This document shows positions 27,870-35,604 of a stretch of DNA of 64,000 nucleotides, one piece after another. Origin of the DNA: a virus; IMG/VR virus record IMGVR_UViG_3300032605_000009, positions 1 through 64,000 of that record; one strand, written 5' to 3'. Every line of letters begins with the position of its first letter. The first letter of the stretch is position 1. A program made the translations under genes and the position numbers. The notes under the pieces are model-generated. The model was not told where the DNA came from and ran no database searches. It saw only the letters and a program-made list of their open reading frames with translations.

Positions 27870-28434
27870 TAGGATCTATCCTTTTCAAATTGTCGACAAT
27901 TGCTGAACGGTAGTTATCTTTAATGTTCATAAGTAGCATGGTGTGAAAGAGGTCTTTAGCCTCTTCTACGCGACCTACCCACCAACCACATACAGCACGC
28001 TCAAACATTAGTGAGTAATCGCCCTCATAGTCTAAAAAAGGATTTGAGTAGCTTCTGTCTTCCATACCGTCAACAAGGTCAAGCCCGATACCAGACCAAG
28101 TATACGCCTCTTGCCATTCGCCGTTGCGCTCATGGAACCTAGACATCAAGAAATAACCCTCTACCTCATTTGGGCAAAGCTCAACTGCCTGCAAGATACA
28201 GTTACTAACTGTATATTTACGATCGTTTTGGTTTTCAAAGCAAATAGATGTACGCAATAAAGATTGGTACGCCAGCTTACGGTGCGTCTCATATCCATAC
28301 TCTGCCGTGCGAAGATAGAAAGAAACAGCCGAGGCGGTCTGCCCTAGGCGGTCGTACTCTTGTGCGCAGGCAAAGTTAAGCTCAGGATTAAACGGATCCT
28401 TAGAAAGTTCAACTACTAGTTCTTCAATTTGCAT
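27856..28434 (-). CDS. TPR-like helical repeat protein
   Basis: A..YLR..E, QAVELCPNEVEGYFLMSRFHE. Confidence 0.7.
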   Translation of the reverse strand: MQIEELVVELSKDPFNPELNFACAQEYDRLGQTASAVSFYLRTAEYGYETHRKLAYQSLLRTSICFENQNDRKYTVSNCILQAVELCPNEVEGYFLMSRFHERNGEWQEAYTWSGIGLDLVDGMEDRSYSNPFLDYEGDYSLMFERAVCGWWVGRVEEAKDLFHTMLLMNIKDNYRSAIVDNLKRIDPNAGL

Positions 28435-29422
28435 AGTTAAGAGCCTCCATGATCAAGTCTTCCACCACAAGCTTTGGGGTACGAAGTACGAATGCTGCGT
28501 TATCTTGGAATCCAAACGAGATAAGCAGATCTTCTCCCTGGATGGCGGCGCCTACAGCAAACTCAATTCGAGCATCTAGGAACGAGAAGGTGTTGGAGTA
28601 ACCGATTAGATTAAGCTCGTTATCCCAAAGGACTAGGCGGTGGCGATAGATACCGTCCTTCTGGTTAAGGTAATTCTTGAAAAGGTTGACCTCATGGGTA
28701 ATCGCAATGTACATGTTGCCCCACTTGACTACCTGTGAACCACCCCGTTGGTCGGATGGTGGAGTAGGGGCTTGCTTTACAAATACCTGTTCGACCTTAG
28801 GCTCATTAGGATCAGCCAAAACTAGCTCAGTAGGAGATGTCCACTTAATGAAGTGGAACGGTGCGTCTAAGATGCCATACCAGTTCTTCTCACAGTATGA
28901 GTTGTCCTCACCAGGAGCTGGTATGCGTGTGCGCTGAACTTCCTTAACTGTCCAGTTAGCTTTATCAATCTCAATCTTGCTGTATTCCATGCGGCCTTCG
29001 CCATGGGCGGTAGTGTCGCGGCGAACGCCTACTAAGTAGTACTCGCCCTCCCACTGATACATGCGAGCGTCCTCTAAGCCTACAAACTCCCAGATTGGAG
29101 TATGCAGTTCAAGCATTTCTACCTTGGCGTAGTCAGTCATCTCTAAGTTTGGGTTGAGACGGCATACGTAGTTTTCGGTGCGCAGGTGCTGATCCTTTTC
29201 AGGATGAAGGTAGGAGAGCGGGCCCCAGCGGCTAGGGAAGAGCTGCTCGTTCTCAGAGTGGTAGAGCGTGTAGTTGACGTGGCGCAGATTGACCAGAATA
29301 TCCCCGTCGTCGTCTATAAAGACCGAGGGGTTCATTAGTCCAGTACCTGCTTTCAGGCCCTTTTCTATTAAGAGAGGAGCTAGTTTTCCACCTTGAGCCA
29401 CGGCCCGTTGCACCAAATTCAT
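28424..29422 (-). CDS. beta-propeller glycosidase/glycosyltransferase-like protein
   Basis: MNPSV, GLEDAR, EKNW, RGGSQ, ITHEV, IEFAVG motifs; leaderless ATG 29422. Confidence 0.65.
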   Translation of the reverse strand: MNLVQRAVAQGGKLAPLLIEKGLKAGTGLMNPSVFIDDDGDILVNLRHVNYTLYHSENEQLFPSRWGPLSYLHPEKDQHLRTENYVCRLNPNLEMTDYAKVEMLELHTPIWEFVGLEDARMYQWEGEYYLVGVRRDTTAHGEGRMEYSKIEIDKANWTVKEVQRTRIPAPGEDNSYCEKNWYGILDAPFHFIKWTSPTELVLADPNEPKVEQVFVKQAPTPPSDQRGGSQVVKWGNMYIAITHEVNLFKNYLNQKDGIYRHRLVLWDNELNLIGYSNTFSFLDARIEFAVGAAIQGEDLLISFGFQDNAAFVLRTPKLVVEDLIMEALNYAN

Positions 29423-29462
29423 ATGCACAGTGTATCAGGTTCAAATGCCGTACCCTATAAGG
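29423..29462. promoter_or_regulatory. divergent pair of leaderless promoters
   Basis: Minus strand TACACT-6nt-ATG(29422); plus strand TACCCT-6nt-ATG(29463). Confidence 0.65.
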
Positions 29463-30002
29463 ATGCGTGGAATCCAGCCTGGCGGTCGTTTTGACATCGC
29501 CTACGAGACTAGTTCACTGCTTGATGGCATCGACTCCGAGGTTACCAAGACGGTAGGAACTGTTGTTCAGTGGTGGGTTTATAACGCGGCAGGTACTACT
29601 GTAGATCCAATCTACGATGTAGGCTCCATCGGCGGCGGTCGTCTATGGCACGGCCCATTTGACCTACCTGTTATCAAGGCAATTGTTAAGCAGGGTGTTG
29701 TGCAGGAAGACGTTCGAGGCTTCTACAACACTGAATCTATCCACCTGCTTATTGACGCCAATGACGCTGAGGCCATCTACCCTAACGTCTTTATGAACCC
29801 AGAGCTGCAGGACCGCAGCCGTATTGTCTGGAACGGTAGCGTTTACCGCCCTAATAATGTCCAGCCTCGTGCCATTATTGCCAACCAATATACCCTTCTA
29901 TTTGTCGAATGCCTTCAGGTCATGCCTGAAGAAATGGTTAATGACACCCAGTTTGTCCAGTATGCCAGCCCTGTCCCAGATACATTTGAGGAGCTTAGCT
30001 GA
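29463..30002 (+). CDS. head closure/neck protein (putative)
   Basis: Position; DRSRIVWNGSVYRP; leaderless start. Confidence 0.55.
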   Translation: MRGIQPGGRFDIAYETSSLLDGIDSEVTKTVGTVVQWWVYNAAGTTVDPIYDVGSIGGGRLWHGPFDLPVIKAIVKQGVVQEDVRGFYNTESIHLLIDANDAEAIYPNVFMNPELQDRSRIVWNGSVYRPNNVQPRAIIANQYTLLFVECLQVMPEEMVNDTQFVQYASPVPDTFEELS

Positions 30003-30133
30003 TGCCATTTAAGTCAAAAGCTCAAGAGGCTTACATGTTTATCCATCACCCTCAGATGGCCAAGCAGTGGGCCAAGATCACTCCTAACCCTCAGTCTCTA
30101 CCAGAGAAGGTAAGTAAGAATGCCAACAAGTAA
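30002..30133 (+). CDS. small basic protein, 43 aa
   Basis: Read by hand: MPFKSKAQEAYMFIHHPQMAKQWAK..; TGATG coupling. Confidence 0.7.
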   Translation: MPFKSKAQEAYMFIHHPQMAKQWAKITPNPQSLPEKVSKNANK

Positions 30134-30347
30134 AAGCCCTAAGAAAATAGTCGCTAAGAAGACTGTCAAGGTAGCTGGCCAAAAGCACGTTGTCGAGAAG
30201 AAGGCTAACGGCGAGATTGATGTTGCACATCCAAATGGCGGAAAGACCTACAACCTTTCTAAGCTGGCTGGAGCCAAGACCATCAAACAAGGAACCGCTT
30301 CAGTCAAGAAGTGGCACAGTACCCACCCTAAGAAAGGCGGCAAATAA
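30120..30347 (+). CDS. small Lys-rich protein
   Basis: ORF track. Confidence 0.65.
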   Translation: MPTSKSPKKIVAKKTVKVAGQKHVVEKKANGEIDVAHPNGGKTYNLSKLAGAKTIKQGTASVKKWHSTHPKKGGK

Positions 30348-30655
30348 TGGCGCTAACACACTCAGTTGTAACCCTTAACGCTTCAACAGCTGTATCCCTT
30401 AATACGGATCCTGCAGTAACTACCTCTATTGAGGCTCGTAACAAGTGGCAGTACGGCACAATCTCTATCCAAAATACTGACGCAACAATTACAGTCTACC
30501 TAGGCGGGTCTACCGTCAGCTCTTCTTCTTATGGCGTTCAGCTTATTGCTGGAGCTTCAGTAACCCTAGACAGCCTTGGACCTGAAGACGTCATCTACGC
30601 AATTGCAGCCTCAGGAACTCCTAAAGTTGCGACCTTGATGGTCACCACTGCATGA
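30347..30655 (+). CDS. small beta-rich structural protein
   Basis: ISIQN..VYLGGSTVSSSSYG. Confidence 0.7.
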   Translation: MALTHSVVTLNASTAVSLNTDPAVTTSIEARNKWQYGTISIQNTDATITVYLGGSTVSSSSYGVQLIAGASVTLDSLGPEDVIYAIAASGTPKVATLMVTTA

Positions 30656-30741
30656 GCATCCGCATAACTAAAAAGGGCGAGAGAATCAGCGTAGCTACCG
30701 CATCTCAGTCCAAGAACACCATTAAGATCAAGAAACCCTAA
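30652..30741 (+). CDS. small basic peptide, 29 aa
   Basis: ATGA overlap; MSIRITKKGERISVATASQSKNTIKIKKP. Confidence 0.45.
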   Translation: MSIRITKKGERISVATASQSKNTIKIKKP

Positions 30742-30751
30742 GGAGTAGGAC

Positions 30752-30943
30752 ATGGATAAGAAGAAAAAGAAGCCACTAGGCGAGGGCTCTCGCTTTGAAG
30801 ATATTGAAAAGAAGGCAGCTAAGTCTGGCGCCAAGAACCCAGCGGCTGTTGCTGCTGCAGCAGGCGACAAGAAGTACGGAATTGCTAAGATGGAGAAGCT
30901 TGCTCAAAAGGGCAAGAAAGACGCTAAGAAAGGTAAGAAATAA
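30752..30943 (+). CDS. small Lys-rich protein
   Basis: LGEGSRF..NPAAVAAAAGDKKYG. Confidence 0.7.
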   Translation: MDKKKKKPLGEGSRFEDIEKKAAKSGAKNPAAVAAAAGDKKYGIAKMEKLAQKGKKDAKKGKK

Positions 30944-31068
30944 TGTGCATGTCATGTGGATGCGGTAAGAAGAAAGGCGAAGCTGGATACGGCAAGGGCA
31001 AGATGGCTGCTAAGAAGGCCGCTGCTAAGCCAATGGCTTCTATGAAGAAGATGGGCAAGAAGAAGTAA
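30943..31068 (+). CDS. small Lys-rich protein with N-terminal CxxCGC, 41 aa
   Basis: Read by hand: MCMSCGCGKKKGEAGYGKGKMAAKKAAAKP..; TAATG coupling. Confidence 0.7.
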   Translation: MCMSCGCGKKKGEAGYGKGKMAAKKAAAKPMASMKKMGKKK

Positions 31069-31224
31069 GTGGCCCACAAAGATTCAAAATGGGAGAAGGG
31101 GATGACCCCGGCCCAGAAGGAAAAGTTTGAAAAGAAGGACGCTAAGAACGACAAGGCGCTAGCCGAGGAGATCAAGAAGTCCGTCAAGCCAAAGAAGGCC
31201 ACGAAGACCAAGAAGTCTAAGTAA
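31069..31224 (+). CDS. small Lys-rich protein, 51 aa
   Basis: Read by hand from GTG: MAHKDSKWEKGMTPAQKEKFEKKD.. Confidence 0.65.
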   Translation: MAHKDSKWEKGMTPAQKEKFEKKDAKNDKALAEEIKKSVKPKKATKTKKSK

Positions 31225-31229
31225 TGCTT

Positions 31230-31250
31230 AGCCCCCGAAAGGGGGCTTTG
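31230..31250 (+). terminator. intrinsic terminator
   Basis: AGCCCCC-GAAA-GGGGGCT then TTG. Confidence 0.7.
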
Positions 31251-31328
31251 TCATTTATCCTTAAATAGTAGTCCTGTGCGGGACTGCGGCTATACCTTGC
31301 GAACACCCTGCTTCCATTAGGAGTTACG

Positions 31329-31463
31329 ATGGCTAATATCATCTTTGGCGATAAAGATGGCTTCGAAGAGTCAATCTTTCAAAACCTGCCAGGCGCAAGA
31401 GATAACCGTAACAATCTACTAATGGTCACAGCGGCGTTGTTGCTGGGTAAGAAGATTAAGTGA
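31329..31463 (+). CDS. small hypothetical protein, 44 aa
   Basis: SD AGGAG; GTGA overlap with the next gene. Confidence 0.6.
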   Translation: MANIIFGDKDGFEESIFQNLPGARDNRNNLLMVTAALLLGKKIK

Positions 31464-31783
31464 ACCTCCAGGACGATCCCGAGGTAACCCGAAAGATAAA
31501 CAGCCTGTTAACAGGCGCCTTTCGCACGCACGCAGTAAAGACTGGGTGGACAAAAGACCTAGCAGATGCGGTAACCGTACGCTTTGACGGCGATAACTTT
31601 GAGTATGTGATCAACCCTGCCTATAAGGAGAAGGTTGATAATGCTGAGTATGGCGACGGATCAAGCGGCCCTAAGCGAGCCATGTTTACCTTTACCCATG
31701 AAGCCAGCGAGATCATTGCTGATGTAGCTGACGAAGCAATTATGGATTACATCTTTGGTGAGCAGCAGGGGGAGATCGCCTAA
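31460..31783 (+). CDS. hypothetical neck/tail-completion protein
   Basis: Position; AEYG motif. Confidence 0.5.
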   Translation: MNLQDDPEVTRKINSLLTGAFRTHAVKTGWTKDLADAVTVRFDGDNFEYVINPAYKEKVDNAEYGDGSSGPKRAMFTFTHEASEIIADVADEAIMDYIFGEQQGEIA

Positions 31784-32430
31784 TGTTTATCCTACGAGAA
31801 GACTTAGCCCTAAAGAACTGGCTATCAGGTATCAAAGTATCTGACGGCGTTAGCTCTATGCGCCCTGTTCAGGTTTGGTTTACCCTGCCTGAAGTTGAAG
31901 TTCGTTCTCAATCCTACCCTTACATCACCATAGACCTTATTGATATTCGTCAGTCAAATGAGCGCCAAGCGTCTGGCACAATCTATGACGCAGACTTTGG
32001 CGGAACAGTAGCCCCAGAAGATGGAGTGGTCTACTCATACGAGTACCCAGTTACATATGACCTTTACTACCAGATCACCACATACTCTCGTAACCCACGT
32101 CATGATCGAGCCCTGCTTAATGTTTTTATGAAGTACGCAACCCCAGGCAAGTATGGTCATCTTCCACTTCCAAATGACTATGGAACTGACGATACCAACA
32201 CTACCTATGAGTGGCGCCACATGTTTGTGGAAGGCTTTGTAAAACGCGACGTTATCGAAGATAACCGTCGCCTATTTAGAAACACAATAACTGTTCGCGT
32301 GCTTACTGAGCTAACTCAGGAAGCCGCAAGCAACGCTCTCTACGAAGTAGAGAACGTAGACATCACGACGAATATATCGAGCATACCAACTGGATACACC
32401 CCGGTCCAAGATACGGTCACTTCCGACTAA
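31783..32430 (+). CDS. tail terminator-like protein (putative)
   Basis: YPYITIDL..YDLYYQITTYSR; directly before the sheath gene. Confidence 0.55.
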   Translation: MFILREDLALKNWLSGIKVSDGVSSMRPVQVWFTLPEVEVRSQSYPYITIDLIDIRQSNERQASGTIYDADFGGTVAPEDGVVYSYEYPVTYDLYYQITTYSRNPRHDRALLNVFMKYATPGKYGHLPLPNDYGTDDTNTTYEWRHMFVEGFVKRDVIEDNRRLFRNTITVRVLTELTQEAASNALYEVENVDITTNISSIPTGYTPVQDTVTSD

Positions 32431-32448
32431 CCAATCAAGGAGATATAA

Positions 32449-33978
32449 ATGGCAGTTTATCAACAGCCAGGCGTATACGTTCAAGAAGTCTTGAGCGCAG
32501 TACCGCCTACAGTTGGAGCCTCGACAGCCGCTATAGGAGCATTCCTAGGAGCTATCAACCAGGGTCCTCTAACACCTACAGTAGTAACCAAGTGGTCTGA
32601 TTTCGTTAACCTCTACGGAGGATTTGTTGGCGATGCTACAGACAACCTACGTCTTGCAGTCAAGTCTTTCCTAGTAGACAACAATGGTGGAGCTTGTGCA
32701 GTCCAGCGTGTACTAGGTACTGGAACAGCTACATCTACCCAGTCTTTCTATGACAGCTCAGGAACTGGCGGAACAGCTGGTTCAGCAATCTCTATCGTTA
32801 TCTCTGCAGCCAACCCAGGCGCATGGGGCAACAAGATCTATGTAGACATCGTAAAGACAACAGCTACAGCTGCAACCTTTACTCTTGTTGTTCACGTAGG
32901 CGATGGCACATCCTCAACAATCGTTGAGACATGGCCTAACCTATCTATGTCATCAACAGACCCACGCTACGTAGTTAACTTTGTTAACAGCAACTCAAAG
33001 TATGTAGTCGTTTCTCTTCCTTTGTCAAATGGTACAACAGCTTCTTCACCAGCTAACGTCCCTGTGTCACAAACCGCACAGCCATTGGCTTCTGGTGTAG
33101 ACGCTACAGGTGGACAAACAGCTACTTCTGTTGCTGGAGCTGTAAACAGCTTTGACACCATCACTCAGACCTTGGTGCTTAACGCCCCAGGAATTACTGA
33201 TGCTACAAACGTAAATACAATCTTGGCATACGCAGCTACACGTGGAGACGTGTTCGTAGTCATCGACCCTATCGCTGACACAGTAGCTAACCAACTAACC
33301 TTGGCTGCTTCTTACACCTCAACCTCTTACGGCGCTGTGTACTACCCACAGATCACAGTTGCTGATCCAACATCTTCTGCCCCAGGCGTAGTGCGCACGA
33401 TCAACCCTGGTGGAGCTGTTGTAGCTCAGTACCTTGTAACAGACCACGTAACTGGGCCATTCAAGGCTCCAGCTGGTATCAAGACACGTATTGGTGGAGC
33501 TGTATCAGTTGCAGCTTTGACCAACACTAACTTGGCTTCAATGAACAGCGCTGCTGCCCCTGTTAACGCAATTCGTTTCGTTCCAGGCTCAGGCATCGTA
33601 ATCATGGGCGCTCGTACCCTACAACCAGGGTACTCAACAATGTACGTGCCCGTCCGTCGTTCTCTTCAATACATTGAAAAGGCGCTTACAAACCTTACAC
33701 AGTTTGCAATCTTTGAGCCAAACGATCAACGTCTATGGCGTCAACTATCAGCAACTGTAGGTAACTTCCTCACAGACTACTGGCGTCAAGGTGGTTTGAG
33801 CGGTTCAACACCAGCTCAAGCTTTCTACGCTGTCTGCGATAGCACAAACAACACATCAGTAACCATCAACAATGGTGAGCTTCACATTGATGTGGGTGTT
33901 GCCCTAGAACGTCCAGCAGAGTTCGTCGTAATTCGTATTTCACAATACGACGGCGGCACAACAGTAACCACAGCATAA
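32449..33978 (+). CDS. contractile tail sheath protein
   Basis: PGVYVQE, YGAVYYP, KAPAG, GARTL, YVPVRR, FEPND, PAEFV. Confidence 0.95.
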   Translation: MAVYQQPGVYVQEVLSAVPPTVGASTAAIGAFLGAINQGPLTPTVVTKWSDFVNLYGGFVGDATDNLRLAVKSFLVDNNGGACAVQRVLGTGTATSTQSFYDSSGTGGTAGSAISIVISAANPGAWGNKIYVDIVKTTATAATFTLVVHVGDGTSSTIVETWPNLSMSSTDPRYVVNFVNSNSKYVVVSLPLSNGTTASSPANVPVSQTAQPLASGVDATGGQTATSVAGAVNSFDTITQTLVLNAPGITDATNVNTILAYAATRGDVFVVIDPIADTVANQLTLAASYTSTSYGAVYYPQITVADPTSSAPGVVRTINPGGAVVAQYLVTDHVTGPFKAPAGIKTRIGGAVSVAALTNTNLASMNSAAAPVNAIRFVPGSGIVIMGARTLQPGYSTMYVPVRRSLQYIEKALTNLTQFAIFEPNDQRLWRQLSATVGNFLTDYWRQGGLSGSTPAQAFYAVCDSTNNTSVTINNGELHIDVGVALERPAEFVVIRISQYDGGTTVTTA

Positions 33979-33992
33979 GGAGATAAATAAAC

Positions 33993-34637
33993 ATGCCAAC
34001 TAATGACGTTTCACGTTGGGGTTCGGTTGCGACTGATCCGCTACGTAATTTCCGATTCCAGGTTGAGTTCTTGCCTCCTTCAAACGGTGGTACCTACTTT
34101 AACCCTGCGTCAACAGCAGCAACAACAGGCTTCTCTGGTGGATTCACCAGCGTATCTGGCCTAACCATCAACACACAGGCTATTGCCTACCGTGAAGGTG
34201 GATACAACACTACTGTTCACCAGATCCCTGGAATGACAACATTCAACCCTATCGTGCTCAGCCGCGGTATGGTCTATGGTCAAGATCAAGCTATCACATG
34301 GATGCGTGCCCTATTTGCAGCAGCAGCTGGCGATGGAATCGCACTAGGTTCTTCAGACTTCCGTTTAGACCTTAACATCTATGTAAACGATCACCCATCA
34401 ACAACAAGTGCACCGAACTCAGCTTCTGGCGCAGCAGGATCAAACACACCTCTTGTTCTCTTCCGCGTCCACAACGCTTGGATCAGCACCTTGTCATACA
34501 ACGATCTAAACGGTACAGACAACAATATCTTGTTTGAGGGTATCACCCTTGTCCACGAAGGCTTGTCAGTTGAGTTCGTTGATAGCACAGGAGCACCATA
34601 CACAGGAAAGAGTGGAGTGGCTCCAGCCGCTTACTAA
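33993..34637 (+). CDS. tail tube protein (T4 gp19-like)
   Basis: DPLRNFRFQVE, YREGG, IVLSRG, HNAW, LVHEG. Confidence 0.9.
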   Translation: MPTNDVSRWGSVATDPLRNFRFQVEFLPPSNGGTYFNPASTAATTGFSGGFTSVSGLTINTQAIAYREGGYNTTVHQIPGMTTFNPIVLSRGMVYGQDQAITWMRALFAAAAGDGIALGSSDFRLDLNIYVNDHPSTTSAPNSASGAAGSNTPLVLFRVHNAWISTLSYNDLNGTDNNILFEGITLVHEGLSVEFVDSTGAPYTGKSGVAPAAY

Positions 34638-34659
34638 TACTTAACAAGGAGAACAATTC

Positions 34660-35457
34660 GTGTCACAAATTACCGATGCAGCCACAATTAATAAACTATC
34701 CGAACAGATGTCTCTATCCAGCGGAGAGCCAAACGTCGAAGTTACGACTGAGGCTCCCGCTGATAGCAGAGTCCATCTACCTGGAGGTTATATTAAGCCT
34801 GATGGCACTGTAGTCAAATATGTAGAAGTCCGAGAGCTTAACGGAATCGATGAAGAAGCTATCGCTAAGTCTGGTACACCAGCCAAAGCGCTTCTGACAA
34901 TTCTTGCCCGTGGGCTTGTTGACGTCGACGGAGATCGACCATCCAAAGATGTCTTGGATGCCCTTCTTTCAGGAGACAGAGACGCAATCATGCTGGGTAT
35001 CCGAAAGGTTACGTTTGGCAAAGAAGCCAAGCTTGAGTCTTTTTGCCCAACATGCGAGAAGGTTCATATCTTCGACATTGACCTAGACAAGGACGTCAAG
35101 GTTACTGAACTAGATAACCCGATCGACGACCGCAGTTGGACAGCAAAGATCAAGAAGGGCGAGGTCACTTTAGTACTTCCTAACGGCATTACCCAGCGTA
35201 AGGTCATGGAAGCATCAGATAAGACTACCGCCGAGATCAACACCATGATCCTGTCTGGATGCGTTCTAGCTGTTAATGGCTCACCTGCACGTCCGAACAC
35301 CGTACTAGAACTTGGCATACAAGACCGTGAAACTCTCATCTTAGAGATTATGGACCGCAACCCTGGTCCCCGCCTCATGGGGGTGACAAAGGCCTGCGAG
35401 GCATGTGGAACAGAAGTTGCTGTACCGCTCAGCCTGGCTGCTTTGTTTCGCCTATAA
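34660..35457 (+). CDS. tail assembly chaperone / T4 gp26-like protein
   Basis: Located between tube and tape measure; RELNGIDEE, CPTC and CEAC motifs. Confidence 0.7.
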   Translation: MSQITDAATINKLSEQMSLSSGEPNVEVTTEAPADSRVHLPGGYIKPDGTVVKYVEVRELNGIDEEAIAKSGTPAKALLTILARGLVDVDGDRPSKDVLDALLSGDRDAIMLGIRKVTFGKEAKLESFCPTCEKVHIFDIDLDKDVKVTELDNPIDDRSWTAKIKKGEVTLVLPNGITQRKVMEASDKTTAEINTMILSGCVLAVNGSPARPNTVLELGIQDRETLILEIMDRNPGPRLMGVTKACEACGTEVAVPLSLAALFRL

Positions 35458-35590
35458 GGAAAAAGATTATGAGGCCTTGCTTGACCAGTACGAATGGTTA
35501 ACAAGGGCGTTTACTGGATGGACGTTAGCCGATATTCGCAACATGTCCTTCAGAGAACGTAAAAACTGGATTGAACGTTCACGTAGATAA
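35447..35590 (+). CDS. chaperone C-terminal extension in the +1 frame (probable frameshift product)
   Basis: YE.L...GWTL.DI..M..RER..W motif typical of chaperone extensions; no well-spaced ATG/SD. Confidence 0.55.
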   Translation, partial: FAYKEKDYEALLDQYEWLTRAFTGWTLADIRNMSFRERKNWIERSRR

Positions 35591-35604
35591 GTAAGGAGGT
35601 TAGT

